From: Gekko japonicus
Taxonomy: Eukaryota
Length of the DNA stretch: 64,000 nt
NCBI RefSeq assembly: GCF_001447785.1
Contig: NW_015164186.1
Location: 995,807 to 1,059,806, forward strand
Reading direction: 5' to 3'
Shown: positions 1-13,367 of the stretch, in pieces
How the letters are laid out: each line of letters opens with the position of its first letter
Numbering within the stretch: the stretch's first letter is position 1
Translations under genes and position numbers: made by a program
The notes under the pieces: generated by a model
Databases searched by the model: none
Seen by the model: only the letters and a program-made list of their open reading frames with translations
Told to the model about the DNA's origin: nothing

Positions 1-1715
1 AATCCAGAGCCCTTCAGTACTTATGAAATTTCATTACTTAGCTGATCTTGTTTCTTTAAAACCTAGATCAAATAATTGTTTGATTCTTAATAGCTAGTAA
101 ACTCTAATATGGAGTGTTTGTATACCTTTGGAGTGTTTGTATACCTTGCTTGTATACCTTCTCTTTGATCAGGCTTCCTTGGTACAAAAGTTAAATGCCT
201 CACCAAATATTCCATGAAGCCAAGAATGCCATATTGAATTATTGTCTTGCTTGTTTGAAAGGGCAATAACAACAATTGCTTGACCCTTACCCTAAAGCAG
301 AATGAAGGAAAGCTTTTTTCCTACTGGTCATAACTGCAGTTTTCAAAAACAGGTAAACTTCTGTTTTTGAATAGCTGCTTTTACTTTCCTCTTTAATTTT
401 TAGGTTTAAATTAACTTTAGTGTCTCTGAATAAAAGTTAAAAAAACTATTAGGGAATCTTTTCTTCCTGTCTGACTAAGTAAACAACTATCATACATCTC
501 AACATAATGAACTATATTGTGCACTTCAGGAGAAGGCAGAACTTCCATCAGGATCACCAGCCAATTTAACCTAGAGGAGACACTTTGCAGTTCTGAGCAT
601 GTAATCCATTGTATCATGAGTAGAGCCCGATTAACAAGCCTTTGAAGTCAGTCTTTGTCCTCTTTCTCAAGCTCACCTCTGACATCTTTATGACCATCTT
701 CATTTAGCTATAAAAAAAGAAATCTTTTGAACTCCAAATAGTTACTTAAATGTATCCTACTTGTTTTGAAATTAATAATGTTACTTATTGTACTACCTTA
801 GGATGTCTACTCGTATTTTACAGTGGTACATTCAAGGATTTCATGTTACTAAGTGTTACTAAGTTTTAAGTAGGCAGCATCAAATTTTCTGTGTGCCTGT
901 TGCAGCAAAGGAGAAATGTCATTTTAAAACACACACCAGGAAAGTTAACTTTACAAAATCACCATCTCTAATGTTAAGTAGAATGCTTACAGTAAATTGT
1001 AGTTGCAGATGTATTCTTGTATATATGTTTTGGTTCCAAAAGCCAATAAAAGGACACTGAAGCTGCACAAAGCTTTCTGTACAATCTGTCTTCTTTTAAC
1101 CTAGCAAATTCACTTACTATGATTGGATACACCCAGTGTGGTAAAAATGCTTTTAGAAGCTATGCTAGGACCTGGGCTGGTGAGGGATGGGATTAATTCT
1201 TCCTCCATTGAGTTTTGCCATTCAAAACACAATCCTCCCCCACTTGTTAGCCCCCAAAGGAGAAGAGAGGAAGTTTTGCCTGTAAAGGATGGTGGTTTCA
1301 GCTGGCAAAATTTCATTGGGCAAAAGAATTAAACTCCTGCTCTCTCCCCCTGCCATGGTCTCATCTTTGTAAACATATCAATAGGGAACAGAACTTAGTA
1401 ACTTAGTAACTGTAGTCTTCCATGGCAAATTGTAATGTGTCATTCTGTTATTTTAGTATTTTAAATACTAAATCAGATTCTATTATGAAACTAGCTCACT
1501 GCGTGGTTAAGAAGTTTGCAGCAGCTGTATTATATCATCTTGTACTGGTTACCTTTAAGACAGTATTTGTTCTAGGGGCCTAGGATTATTTTTATGCTCT
1601 CTGTATAAAAAAGTATGTCCATGTTTCAGCTAGTAAAAGATAAGCTTTGTTTTCTAAAAACATGAAGTTGCACCCTTTAAACAGCTTCCTACTTCAGTCT
1701 CCTTTCTCCTGACAG

Positions 1716-1845
1716 GTTTTGGAGTTGGCAGGTAATGCTTCCAAGGATCTCAAGGTAAAACGTATCACTCCTCGTCACTTGCAGCTTGCTATTCGTGGTG
1801 ATGAGGAATTGGATTCCCTTATTAAAGCTACAATTGCCGGTGGAG
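1716..1845 (+). CDS. H2AZ2: H2AZ2 penultimate coding exon (130 nt)
   Basis: ctcctgacag|GTTTTGGAG...GGTGGAG|gtgtgt. Confidence 0.96.
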
Positions 1846-3055
1846 GTGTGTAGTCACAGAATTTCTGAAATTATTATAGTAAAAGTTACTGTTGATTACA
1901 GATAATCAAGTGGTAGCTTTTCACAATGTACTTGTATCTACATGGTAAGATGCTGATCTGAAACATCCTGCCAAATAGTGAGAAGTTAGCTAATTCCTGG
2001 ATTTTTGTACATGTGGGAATGTGCATGAAATTCCCCTCACCACTTGACAGAACAATAGTTAATTTAACTGAGAGAAACTGCTTAACTGTGGTAAATTACT
2101 GCTGCTTATATTTTACTGTATGAGGTAGTTGTAAATAGTCATGCTTATTATTATGACTCCAGGTCACTGCTTCAGATGCAGCTTTGCTGCTAGTTAAATG
2201 TGGATTTTTCAAAATATGCTCATGTGTTAAGCAGCCATTTGTTCCTAAATGGTGTTAATCTCAACAGAAAAATAACGCAGATCTCATGGTAATGATTTTT
2301 GCACCACCGGTGTGCTGCACATCAATCCTTGGGCGCCTTTTTACAAAATAATCTTATTTTTAATTAGGGCTACAAAAGTAGATCAGGGAGTGAAACCTGA
2401 AACACCTTTTCATGATACATCTCTCTCAGCCCAGTTGTCTGCATGCCATGAGGAAACCTGAGAAAGTTTTTTGTTTTTAACGCTTGTGTAGCATCTCAGC
2501 ACTGTATACAAGAGCAAGAGTCCAGTAGCACCTTAAAGACTAACAAAATATGTGGCAGGGGATGAGCTTTCGTGAGTCACTGCTCAGTTCTTCAGATACC
2601 TAAAGAAGTTAGCAGTGGCTCACGAAAGCTCATACCCTGCCACATATTTTGTTGGTCTTTAAGGTGCTACTGGACTCTTGCTCTTTTCTGCTGCTACAGA
2701 CAAATACAGCTACCCATCTTGATCTTTCTCAGCACTATGTTTTCTTTTGACTGAGCCAGATCAGCCCCCCAAATTAATATTAAATGAAAGACTACTGCTT
2801 GTTTCTTTTCCCTATATGTTCACATGGGGTTTTGATAAAGGCAGTTGCACTGTTGAGGTGTGACCAGAACACCTCAGAGTTTGCAAAATGTGGTGCTTTC
2901 AGCTTGTGAAGGGAACTGGAAGAGAAAGTAACACCTAATATGAATGGCTCCCAAAAGTCAACTGCTAATTCTAATCCATTATTCTCTTTGCAGGTGTAAT
3001 TCCTCACATCCACAAGTCTCTGATTGGAAAGAAGGGACAGCAGAAAACTGCATAG
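1716..3055 (+). CDS. H2AZ2: Histone H2A.Z.2 (H2AFV), last two coding exons (1716-1845, 2994-3055); 5' exons lie upstream of the window
   Basis: The spliced translation [63 protein letters not shown] is H2A.Z. Terminal KTA (not KTV) marks the Z.2 paralogue. AG/GT junctions at 1714-15, 1846-47 and 2992-93. Confidence 0.96.
2510..2700. mobile_element. Penelope-like retroelement ends in inverted (palindromic) arrangement with hammerhead-like cores
   Basis: Arms about 2510-2596 and 2600-2686 are near reverse complements. The - strand arm reads CTGAAGA..TGAG..CTCAC GAAA GCTC, typical of PLE termini. Confidence 0.7.
2994..3055 (+). CDS. H2AZ2: H2AZ2 last coding exon (62 nt incl. TAG)
   Basis: tctttgcag|GTGTAATTCCTCAC...ACTGCATAG. 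Confidence 0.96.
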
Positions 3056-3433
3056 AGAAGAGTTTTAAACAGCCCTCTTCCTCCCTGTCATTGTACTGTA
3101 CCTGGGACAGAAGAAATATGGGGATATGTGGAATTTTTAAAAAAATAGTTAAATGGAAGAGCATAGACAATTGACTGTAGACTTAAAACATTTGTATGTT
3201 CTTTAGATTCAAAGTTTGACAAAAAAGTACCTTGTTATGTGGCAGCAATTTGTGTGTTGATTGGCTAGGTTTCTCCCATGTGTTTTATACAAAAATGGAA
3301 CTGATAAAACCATTTTTTACAAAACTTGTTTTGTGTGTCATTCTGGTGGTGTGAAAAGTCAATGTGGTTGAGACTTCATATCTTAGCTATAAAGCTGGTG
3401 CCTTCAAATACTGTTGAGCTTCATTTTTTAAAA

Positions 3434-3439
3434 AATAAA
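3434..3439 (+). terminator. Candidate H2AZ2 polyadenylation signal
   Basis: First AATAAA downstream of the stop codon; another at 3817-3822. Confidence 0.55.
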
Positions 3440-6174
3440 CCTCTTCCCAAATTGTAGTCTTTAACATGGCCACATTTATGATTTACGATTGGGTTGCCTT
3501 GTTCTTTGACATAGGTAATTGAGATAGCCATATGGAATCAGTGACCAGAATTTAATGTAACCCAGAAGAATGTGCAGTTTAATAATCCAGCACTTTTACA
3601 GGGGTATCAGATAACAAAATGTACGTTCCAGAACATAGTATATTGGTTTCTGCTTTAGTTAACGCTTAGTTGTGCTATAAAGTATTTATTGTTCTCAATT
3701 ACTCACTAGTTATAAAGACCTTAGTACACAAATTAAAATCATTCAATGCATCAAAGTAAGCACTTCTGTTATCAGAATGAGAATTTAAAATTAATGCCAG
3801 GTTCTGGTCAAGGAGGAATAAAGAGCCCTTGTGAATACAGATGAGGATTTCAGAATCAGCAAGCAAAGGTTAGTGGTAGCAGGTAAGCTGGGAAGGAGTT
3901 GTACTCTTCCTATGGCCCATTTTTGTATTGGTTTGTACAAGATAGCAAAATTGATCACTTTGACCAATGTTTTCAGAAGCTTCTTTTACTAAAAGGTGCA
4001 ATGGTATAACAAGATGGTGGGATAGAAAAGTGGCATATTCAGTTAGGGGAATGTAGATTGTAATATTGACTGAGTTTCAAGAATGGCACGCCTGTGGAAC
4101 GTTAAGCAACTGTAAGACAGAAAAGACTGCTTGTCTGTCACCAGTCTTCAGTAATAAGCATGCTATTTTCCATCTCAGTTTCTCTGACAGACTGAAAATC
4201 AGTGAATTCATTGCTTATAAGGGACTGTTTCTCTAAGAAGTAGACAAGAAAGGAAAACTCATGTTGATGTGCATCCTTGTGAAGAGAAGATTGGTGTGAG
4301 GGGTTGTCCTTTATTCTGTTCTGGGTTGAAGATCAAGAGCCTGTTGCAGGACTTCCTGGTGAGCAGAGTACTTCAGTCTATTGCATTTGGCCTCCAGAAC
4401 TGCCAGATCACCAATGGATTATTTTCCTGCATGGCTGGATTGGTCATGAGCAGTGATAATAAGTGCCTGTCAATTTTTCAGAAATAGGTGTGAAGTCTTT
4501 CTCTGCCTTCCTTTACACCTTTACCTCCGGAAGAAAGGCACTGGGGAAAGCTGGGTGTAAAAGCATAAGAATTCTTCAGCAATCACTGGTGTATCTATTC
4601 CTTCTTGGTATTGTTTGGCAGGGGTGTAGAGCCAAGCTGGAAGCCAGTGGAATTCCACAAAAGCAGCTACATTCTGCAGTTGAATCCACAAGGGTTCCAG
4701 GGTATTCTCTTCCAGTAGTTCCTATGTGATTTAGTGCAAGGAAATACTAGTTTTAGCTTGCTTCTGCAAGTTGTGCATGCTTTATGCAGTCAAATCCAAA
4801 AGGGCTTACTCCCATGTAATTGTACACAGGTTACAGCCTTGTTACCCCTGGAACATAAATGGAGGGGAGTATGATTCTGTACCCTTCCTGCCCTATTCTT
4901 TTTTCCAGCAACAACTGTGTCCAAAAAAGCAATTTGTTCTTTGCTCCAGCTGCAGCAATTTTGAGAGCAGCTGCAGTTGGAACAAGCTATGGCATTTTTG
5001 CAAAAAGATTTAACAACTGCTGAGAGCCAGATAGTTTGATGATAGGAAGGGCACTGCTGCAGCTTCTCCTTTCCTCCCCAGAAACTGCACAAGGCACCAG
5101 AAGAGGTCATGATCCCATGCACGATTAATATGGGAATAAGCCCCGGTTAATGAGACACTTGAGCAAACATGCTGTAACCAAGTCTCTCCCCTGTAGTCTT
5201 TCTCCTCCCTCTTCTCAGACTGATGCATGGGCTCTGTAGCCACAAATGCAACACAATGGCAGATTTTTATGAGGATTATGATGAGGAATTTGAGCTACCT
5301 TAAAAAGACTGCCTCAAGGAATCTTTCCGCATTTGTCAGGCCTGTGTCCCATCTGCAAAAGGCAAGGGGGCTGCAGTTCAGCAGTAGTTCCCATTATGTA
5401 TACAATGTCCTAAGTTTTAATCCATAGTATGTCCAGAAAGACCTTCCTCTGCCTGAGGCTGCCTAGAAAGCTGCTGCCAGTGTAGACAATACTGAGTTAG
5501 ATGGTCCAACAGTCTGTATAAGGAAGCAGTTTCATATGCTCACAATAGAAGAAGGATATTTGTAGATGAGGAGGTATACCTTACAATTTGTATACTGTTT
5601 AACAACCCAGATCATACAGAGTACTGTAGAAATCTTATTGCATTAGGAACTGCTGCCCTCTGTTGAAAAGAAATAGAACAACAGAGGTGAGCATGAAGTG
5701 AATAAAGCTGAATGCCTGAGATTCAGTTCCTACAGTTGCTTGGTATGAGAGAAAGGAGGAAACAATTATTGTGTAAACAAATGTGTTCATCATATCTTCT
5801 GCTTTTGGCTCATCAGTCACACAATTGCTGGAAATAGAACCCAAGTGAGATTTGAGTTGAATCTCTGATAACCTACAATGTGGCATCTGAATACATAGGA
5901 CAGAGGGCTCATAATCTAACTTGCTGTGATATCTGGAAAGAAGAGCTAACTATCATATTAAAAGGCTCTGAACAAATGGGGGGGGAGTCTCTAGTATATA
6001 AGCTATTTCCTGTTGTGCTGTTTTTCTCAGGACTCAGACCACTGAATTGCTTCTCCATGGTAGTGGTCCATTTCTGGTTCATTGGAAAGCAAGGGGAACA
6101 AATCTCTACCATAGAAAGCCCTGTCCCTAGAGGCCTTACTCTACATCCTGTCTCAGTCACCATCTAGCCTGGGC

Positions 6175-7194
<1,020 letters not shown>

Positions 7195-7586
7195 TCACTC
7201 TTCTGGATGTGGAAAACTTTTATAAAGCAAATTCTCCCTCTACGGCCCACAGCTGCTTGTGGCTTTCCATTTTAGTGTCACAGTGAGTTCCTCCAATATA
7301 ACATCCACTCACCAACAGCCTAGCTCACGGCAACTGTACCTGGGGAAAGAAGATAAGAATATTGTGAATGGCTGTCATTTTGTTGGTTCTCCAAGCTTTC
7401 ATGAAGGCAGGGAAATAGTTATGGGTGAACTGGGGTGGTAGCTGAAGCCAAGGACTGATGGCTATCTGGTGATCTTGAACGTTCCGTTCCCCTGACCACA
7501 TTGCTTTGGAAATGAGTGCATTATATAATTTACTGAATTTTTAAAATCTCTATATTAGTAATAACTATCAAATCAAATAGTGTAGT

Positions 7587-8043
7587 TGTGATGGACTGTC
7601 AAGGGTTATAATGCCTAACAGAGTCTGAGAACCTTTTGAGTGACAGGCTGTTCAAATGGAATTCTGTGGAGAGAGTCAGTTAAGAAATTGCAGTTGGGCA
7701 CCAACAATTGAAAAAGAAACCGTTAAGCACTGACTGTGGACTGGGAAGGAGACTAAAGAAGTGAGAGGATCCCCCATTCAGGCCAAAAAGGAAAATTGCT
7801 TCTAGTTAAGAGAAGGAATCCCTGCCAAGTTAAAAGTGAGATAGCTCTTAAAAGAGGAGTGATCCCTGGCCTGTGTATATAGAAGGATTTTGGGAACTTG
7901 GTTGTGTGTTCCTATTTTCTAGACTTTAAGAGTCTGTGAAACTCATAAACCTATGCTTGAATGTTTAAGCAGAAACTGAAAATAAAGCCTATCTTAAAGT
8001 TTTAAGAGACCTTTTTGAATAGCAGAAACAGATGTTGGCAACA
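7587..8043 (+). mobile_element. Probable degraded solo LTR
   Basis: Begins TGTGATG, ends ...GGCAACA, TATA-like tatata near 7876, AATAAA at 7981; no clean TSD. Confidence 0.35.
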
Positions 8044-8542
8044 AATTACATGGTGTTAGTGTGATTACAAAGTTACCTCAGTTTTATTATTGGTTCACCT
8101 CATAACATCCTACCCCTGATTCCACCTGACCCTTTTCTCTCCTAAGTTTGGTGAAACATTTTGTTTATTTTGAACTTTTAAAAGTGTCTTGTGTGCCATT
8201 TCAGAAGTTGAATATAAGAAGGTGATTGTGTCTTTTCCCTCAGTTCCCTGGGCTGGGTCAGCATCAAAATATATTATTTTATTTTATTATTTTATTAATT
8301 TAATTTATACCTCTCACTCACTCATTCACTCCTTGCATCATTTCTGTTGTTTTTGCATAATTAGACAAAGTAGTTGAAAAATGCATCATTCTGCTGGGAA
8401 GCAGCATGGTTCACCAGAGCTCTTAGCCCAGGGGAGGACAAATATTTCAGCCTGAGTGTACTTATATGCTTTCAATGTTTATTTTGATTCTTAGAAAGAG
8501 GAGAACATGAAAAATGAAGTGTTAAGAGATGCATAAAATATC

Positions 8543-8588
<46 letters not shown>

Positions 8589-8594
8589 ATATAT
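8543..8594. repeat. (TG)n(TA)n microsatellite
   Basis: Seen directly. Confidence 0.9.
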
Positions 8595-8829
8595 CAATTA
8601 ACGGTATGTATAAAATATCAATTAAAATATTTCAGCCTGGGGAGCACAGCTACATCTCTGTGTTAGAGGGCTCTGAGTTGGATGCCAGCTCTTCCCATTT
8701 ATAGTGGTGCTGGAAACAGAAATAGCTAGAATCTGACAGAGATGGACCCAGATATGGTCCTCTTTCCCATTTTGCTGCTCTTAATGGTTCTCAGCCCTTG
8801 AGCTGTTCAACAATTTTTTTCCAGGACTC

Positions 8830-9071
8830 AGAAGAAGGATTGGATTTATACCCTGCCCTTCACTACCGAATGGTGTCTCAGAGCGGCTTACAAACTCCTT
8901 TCCCTTCCCCTCCCCACAACAGACACCCTGTGAGGTAGGTGGGGCTGAGAGAGCTCTGACAGAAACTGCTCTTTTTCAAGAACAGCTTTTATCAGAACCA
9001 AGGTCATCCAGCCAGGTGCAAGTGGAGGAGTGGGGAATCAAACCCGGTTCTCCCAGATTAGAGTCCACGCT
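8830..9071 (-). mobile_element. tRNA-derived SINE (Squam3-like)
   Basis: Near-identical to copies at 19355-19530 and 51405-51671; (TCT)n tail on the - strand. Confidence 0.7.
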
Positions 9072-10040
9072 CAGGAGCACCTGTTGGTAGCCAAGTTATT
9101 CTTGATGGTGATCATATGGCACCTGAGGGGGGTAAGATACAGGTCTTGGGAGCATTCAGAACTTGAGGGGGTCTAGCCAAATGGGATTTTGGTAGTCTCT
9201 TTGCTTCACTTGCAATGGCTAAGTGAAAGAGAATTGTTTTATATGGCCCATCCTGCCCTGAGCATAAAATCCCAGATCTCTCCCACAGTCTTTCAAACAG
9301 TAAACAAGAATTGAACTAAACATCAAGAAATTAGCTGATGACCATTAGGCACAAGGGCATAATTGAATACATGCCTGAGATCTGTATATTTCTCTTTCAA
9401 CCACACATAAAGAAAGGTACTATTTGAGGGAAAGTTGTATGGCTCTGTGTTTCTTGCTTGATTTTCTTTTTAACTGCCTGTTACCTGTGGGTCAGGTTTT
9501 GAAAAAGATGGCGGAGGGAGGGAGGGAGAGAGGGCCATTCACTGGTAATACTGCATACTTGGGGGCATTGGTAGATTAAAGTTTAAGAACCACTACAGTA
9601 GCCAATGAGGCAGTCTGGACTGATGCACCCAACCTGCATACTTTAATGGATTTATACTTGGTGCATGAGTCCACCAGAATTAAGCACATCTAAGCCCCAT
9701 TGATTCCAAGCTGGGAAATAAAAGTATATAATTCATAGAGGTGTTAAGAATTCAACATTTATGTCCTGACCTTTTTGTTTTTCTTTCTTTTTTTTCTTTT
9801 TTTTTGGTGAAAAAAAGACATAATCCTTGGGATGCTGAATTTAGTCGATTTTTCCCTTTTTCTTTTCTTGCCCCTGGGTGCAATTGCAGCTTACAGACAG
9901 CTGTGCCTACAGCTAAGGTGAGCTTTGCCATGAGGCAACAGTTGGCAACTTGAGATCTTTATCAATGCTTATGTTTCTGTCATTTTTATTCTGAGCACAG
10001 AATTAAGGTGATGGAAGGATTAGCCACAAGGTATAGATAG

Positions 10041-10750
10041 TGTCATGCCTGCCCCTGCTGATGTCATGCCTGCCTTTGCTGATGCCCCTGAACAGGCTCC
10101 TGAGGACCCTGAACAGGCTCCTGAGGACAGTACTGCAGCAGAAAGGCAAAGACTGGATCCTGTAGCTGAAAGCTATCTAAGTGGTGAGGAGGATAGAGCC
10201 TCCCAGGGAACACCTGCAAGGGATCAGTCTCTGCTGCAGCCCAGTAATTCATCATCAGACTCGCCTCCACCTGTAACCAGGCTCAGGAATGTAAGAAGAC
10301 AACAGCTGAGAGAGCGAAGGCAGAATGCACGCATGCGTGCCAGAAGATCTCTTAGCCCTGATTACTGACAGGATCCTGTCCTCACTCCTGGCTAGCTAAT
10401 GAGTTGATTAGCTAGCACTGTATATATGCAAGTCTGTTGCCAGCAGTCATTTGTGCTGGCAACGTCGTTTGTTCAGGACCTGAATCCTTGCATCTCTGCT
10501 CCAGACCTTATGGAATTCTTCTCGGCTTGATCCTCGGCTTTTGACCTTTGGCTTTGTTGACCCTGCGTTCATCTCTGACTCCTCTGGTATTGTTGTGATT
10601 TATGGACTTGAAACTTTGGTATGTCTGACCCTGCTTCTGGACTGTGATTTAAACCTGCTTGAACCTTGCTACCTGATTTGCCCGGCTTGACCTCGGACTG
10701 TTCCTGGACTTTTGCTTGCTTGTGTCACGCCCCCTGGTCCTGCCGTGACA
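10041..10750 (+). mobile_element. Solo LTR (Gypsy-like), 710 bp, inserted in a CR1 3' fragment
   Basis: TGTCATG...CGTGACA termini; 5-bp TSD GATAG (10036-40 / 10751-55); TATA-like element at 10421. Confidence 0.85.
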
Positions 10751-10755
10751 GATAG

Positions 10756-10948
10756 GGGCTCTGGGGCAAGTGATGCTCTGTCATCTTGGTGCTTGGGGGA
10801 GGTCAACAGTGGGAGGGCTTCTAATGTCCTGGCCCCACTGGTGGACCTTCTGATGGCACCTGGTATTTCTGGCCACTGTGTGACACAGAGTGTTGGACTG
10901 GATGGGCCTTTGGCCTGATCCAACATTGGCGTCTCTTATGTTCTTATG
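10756..10948 (+). mobile_element. CR1 LINE 3' end (split by the solo LTR; 5' piece at about 10020-10040)
   Basis: Reverse-complement match to the CR1 ends at 34462 and 51843; CTTATGTT tail. Confidence 0.75.
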
Positions 10949-11224
10949 AAAGGCAGAATAGGGATTAGGTGTGGTAAAGGAATAAAGTAGGAAATAACAT
11001 GTGCCAAGTTTCTTGCACAGGCAATCCTCTCTCCACAGGGGGCAATGCAACAAGCCCAACGGCTATTGCACAACCATTTCAGATGAATGGCTGTTGCCCA
11101 GCACCAGCAGTGAAACCTGGTGCATAACTGACATCTCCTCGGTTCACTGAGCCACCCCTTGCTGCAGCTGGGTGGTGTCCCCTGCTGCTCTTCCAGAGGG
11201 GAGAACAGTTGCAGGGATGCCAGT

Positions 11225-11430
11225 CAATGTTCCCCGTAAGCTGTGGAGTCGTGTGAGCAAAAATTCTACTTTGTGAGCTACTGGCATTAAAGTTGTGAGC
11301 GAGTGATTTGGCTGCTGCATAAATTAGTTTGCTCTGGAGCCATCCTTCCTGAGCTAAGACAAAGATGTGTGAGCCGAAGGCTAAAAAATTGTGAGCTAGC
11401 TCACACTAACTCAGCTTAGAGGGAACACTA
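11225..11430 (+). mobile_element. hAT-type MITE family A (206 bp)
   Basis: TIRs CAATGTTCCC.CTAAGCTG / CAGCTTAGAGGGAACACT; 8-bp TSD ATGCCAGT. Confidence 0.88.
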
Positions 11431-13123
11431 ATGCCAGTGTTGGTGACACACTCATGCTCAGGCCTGGCAGGTCTCCTGGAGCAGCTCCTGCAGGATGGTC
11501 CCATCTGAGATGGAAATCTGCATGAAACTTGTGCACAGGCACCAGCTCAGAGACAGACACACACACCCCACACACACACATGCACTTTGGGGCAACTGGA
11601 GGCTATAACTGGCTGGAGATTAAGGGGCAGACAAAATAAAGCTTCCCTTCCCCATTTACTAGCCCTAAAGTTGCATGCCAAATTTGCTGCCAAATTTACC
11701 CACCTTATCCTCAGACCAGCATTGCACATTATGGACCAATAGAAGGGCTAAGTTAGGTTGCTGCTGAGATGATCCAGTCATAATGCCCCCCCCTTCCATT
11801 AATGCCCTTTTCCTTCCTGATAAACGAGACTCCAGAGGCCAAAGCCCAGGAGTCTTGCTCCGGGAGTCTGACTAAATTCCCTTCCCTGGGCCAGCGTGGC
11901 GTCACTCAGTGCCACACCGGTGCTCTAAACAGTCGACAAACTCCGCTGCAATCCTCCAGGGCCCTTACATTTCCATGATCCTACTTTCTCTGAGTTCCGG
12001 CAAATTTCACACTGCAGCTGCTAAGACAAGGGGGAAGAGGGAATAGAGTTCCTGGATTTCTCTCAACGTAATGCAGAATTACAAACCAGGCGCTAATTAC
12101 CTTGGAGCACAACCCACTGGAAAAATGCAGCTCAAGTTCCTTTCAGCTGGGGCTTGGATGGAAGAGCTCCCCTGGTAAATTGCACCCCTGACTCACAGCT
12201 AGCTACCTCCCCCTTCTGCTGCCCCAAACAACACCTAGAATCCACAGGTCAAGGTCGCCTCCTCACATTGCCTCATGGCTAGGCCACCCGTGGCTGCCAG
12301 AATGTGCAAGTCCACCACCTGGAGCCTGTGTCGGCTCAGCTGTGCTTGCTGTCATGCCCTGTTTCAGTTGGCACCTGAACTGGGGTGTGGGTACAGAGGC
12401 TAGTCGCTGGTGGGGCTTGGCTTTTGCTAAAAGTTGTTTTCATTAAGACCTGCTTTGCTGTAATGAGATGGATCCCTCAGGGGCTGGGGATGCTCACCAC
12501 TTCCTAACGCTTGCTAATGATGGGGTATGACACGTTTGGGGGTCCCAGGGGTGGGGAGCAGGAGTAGAGGCTGTCACCGAGGTAACAGGAGATGCGAGGG
12601 ACACAGGAGAGGTCTCTGGGAGTGGAGAATGTCGTTTAGGGGAAGCATAGCTGACGATAGAAGCATGGCACTCTAACCACTAGGCACACGGGCTCTCGAG
12701 AAAATTAAACAGACGTAACAAAATAAGATTTCTGGGTCAGGATTTTCAGGAGGAGTATGGCAAGGTGTCTTGATGGACAGGGAGGAAGACGCTGTCAGGC
12801 AAAAGCATCAGAATGCCAGGAGCACCGAAGGCTGTGCAAGGAAATTGGCAAAGGGAGGTGGAGGGGTGGCCAGATAGGAAAGGGGACAGGAGTTCATGTG
12901 CTTTCAAGAGCTGCATAGAAGTTCAGCGGGAGTTCCATGACAAACTGATCCTGCCAAGATTCTGTCCCATGCACAACCTTTAAAAGCAAAGAGGCCCCAT
13001 CTGCCTACACATCTGATCATCCTGGAGAGACAAAAGTAAAATACGGGGCTTTAGAGGTGAAGCTGGGATAGGCAACTGGCAGCCCAGTCTGGCCTTCAGC
13101 ACAGCTCCCCATCCCAACACCCA

Positions 13124-13124
<1 letters not shown>

Positions 13125-13158
<34 letters not shown>
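13125..13158. repeat. (CT)n microsatellite
   Basis: Seen directly. Confidence 0.9.
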
Positions 13159-13162
<4 letters not shown>

Positions 13163-13367
13163 CCATGCAGTCACAGGCAACTGGACCCTGCCCCTTCACA
13201 GCTGCTCATTCTTGAATAGGAGTGAGGACTAGGAAACTGGAGAACCCTCCTCAGCCTAAGCCTCTGTTCCTCTTCCTAGGGGGGCGAGGCTCAGAGAGCC
13301 CTTTGCACAAGCCTGGGCTCAAGGGCATGGATGGAGCCATTGCTGGCTTTTCAGCCTTTTCTATGTG

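Noticed and set aside
1716-3055. Calling the histone H2AZ1
   Set aside because: The C-terminus is KTA (Z.2), not KTV.
4200-5430. Possible pseudogene between H2AZ2 and the HS3ST1-like gene
   Set aside because: The frames I checked are short, with no recognisable homology.
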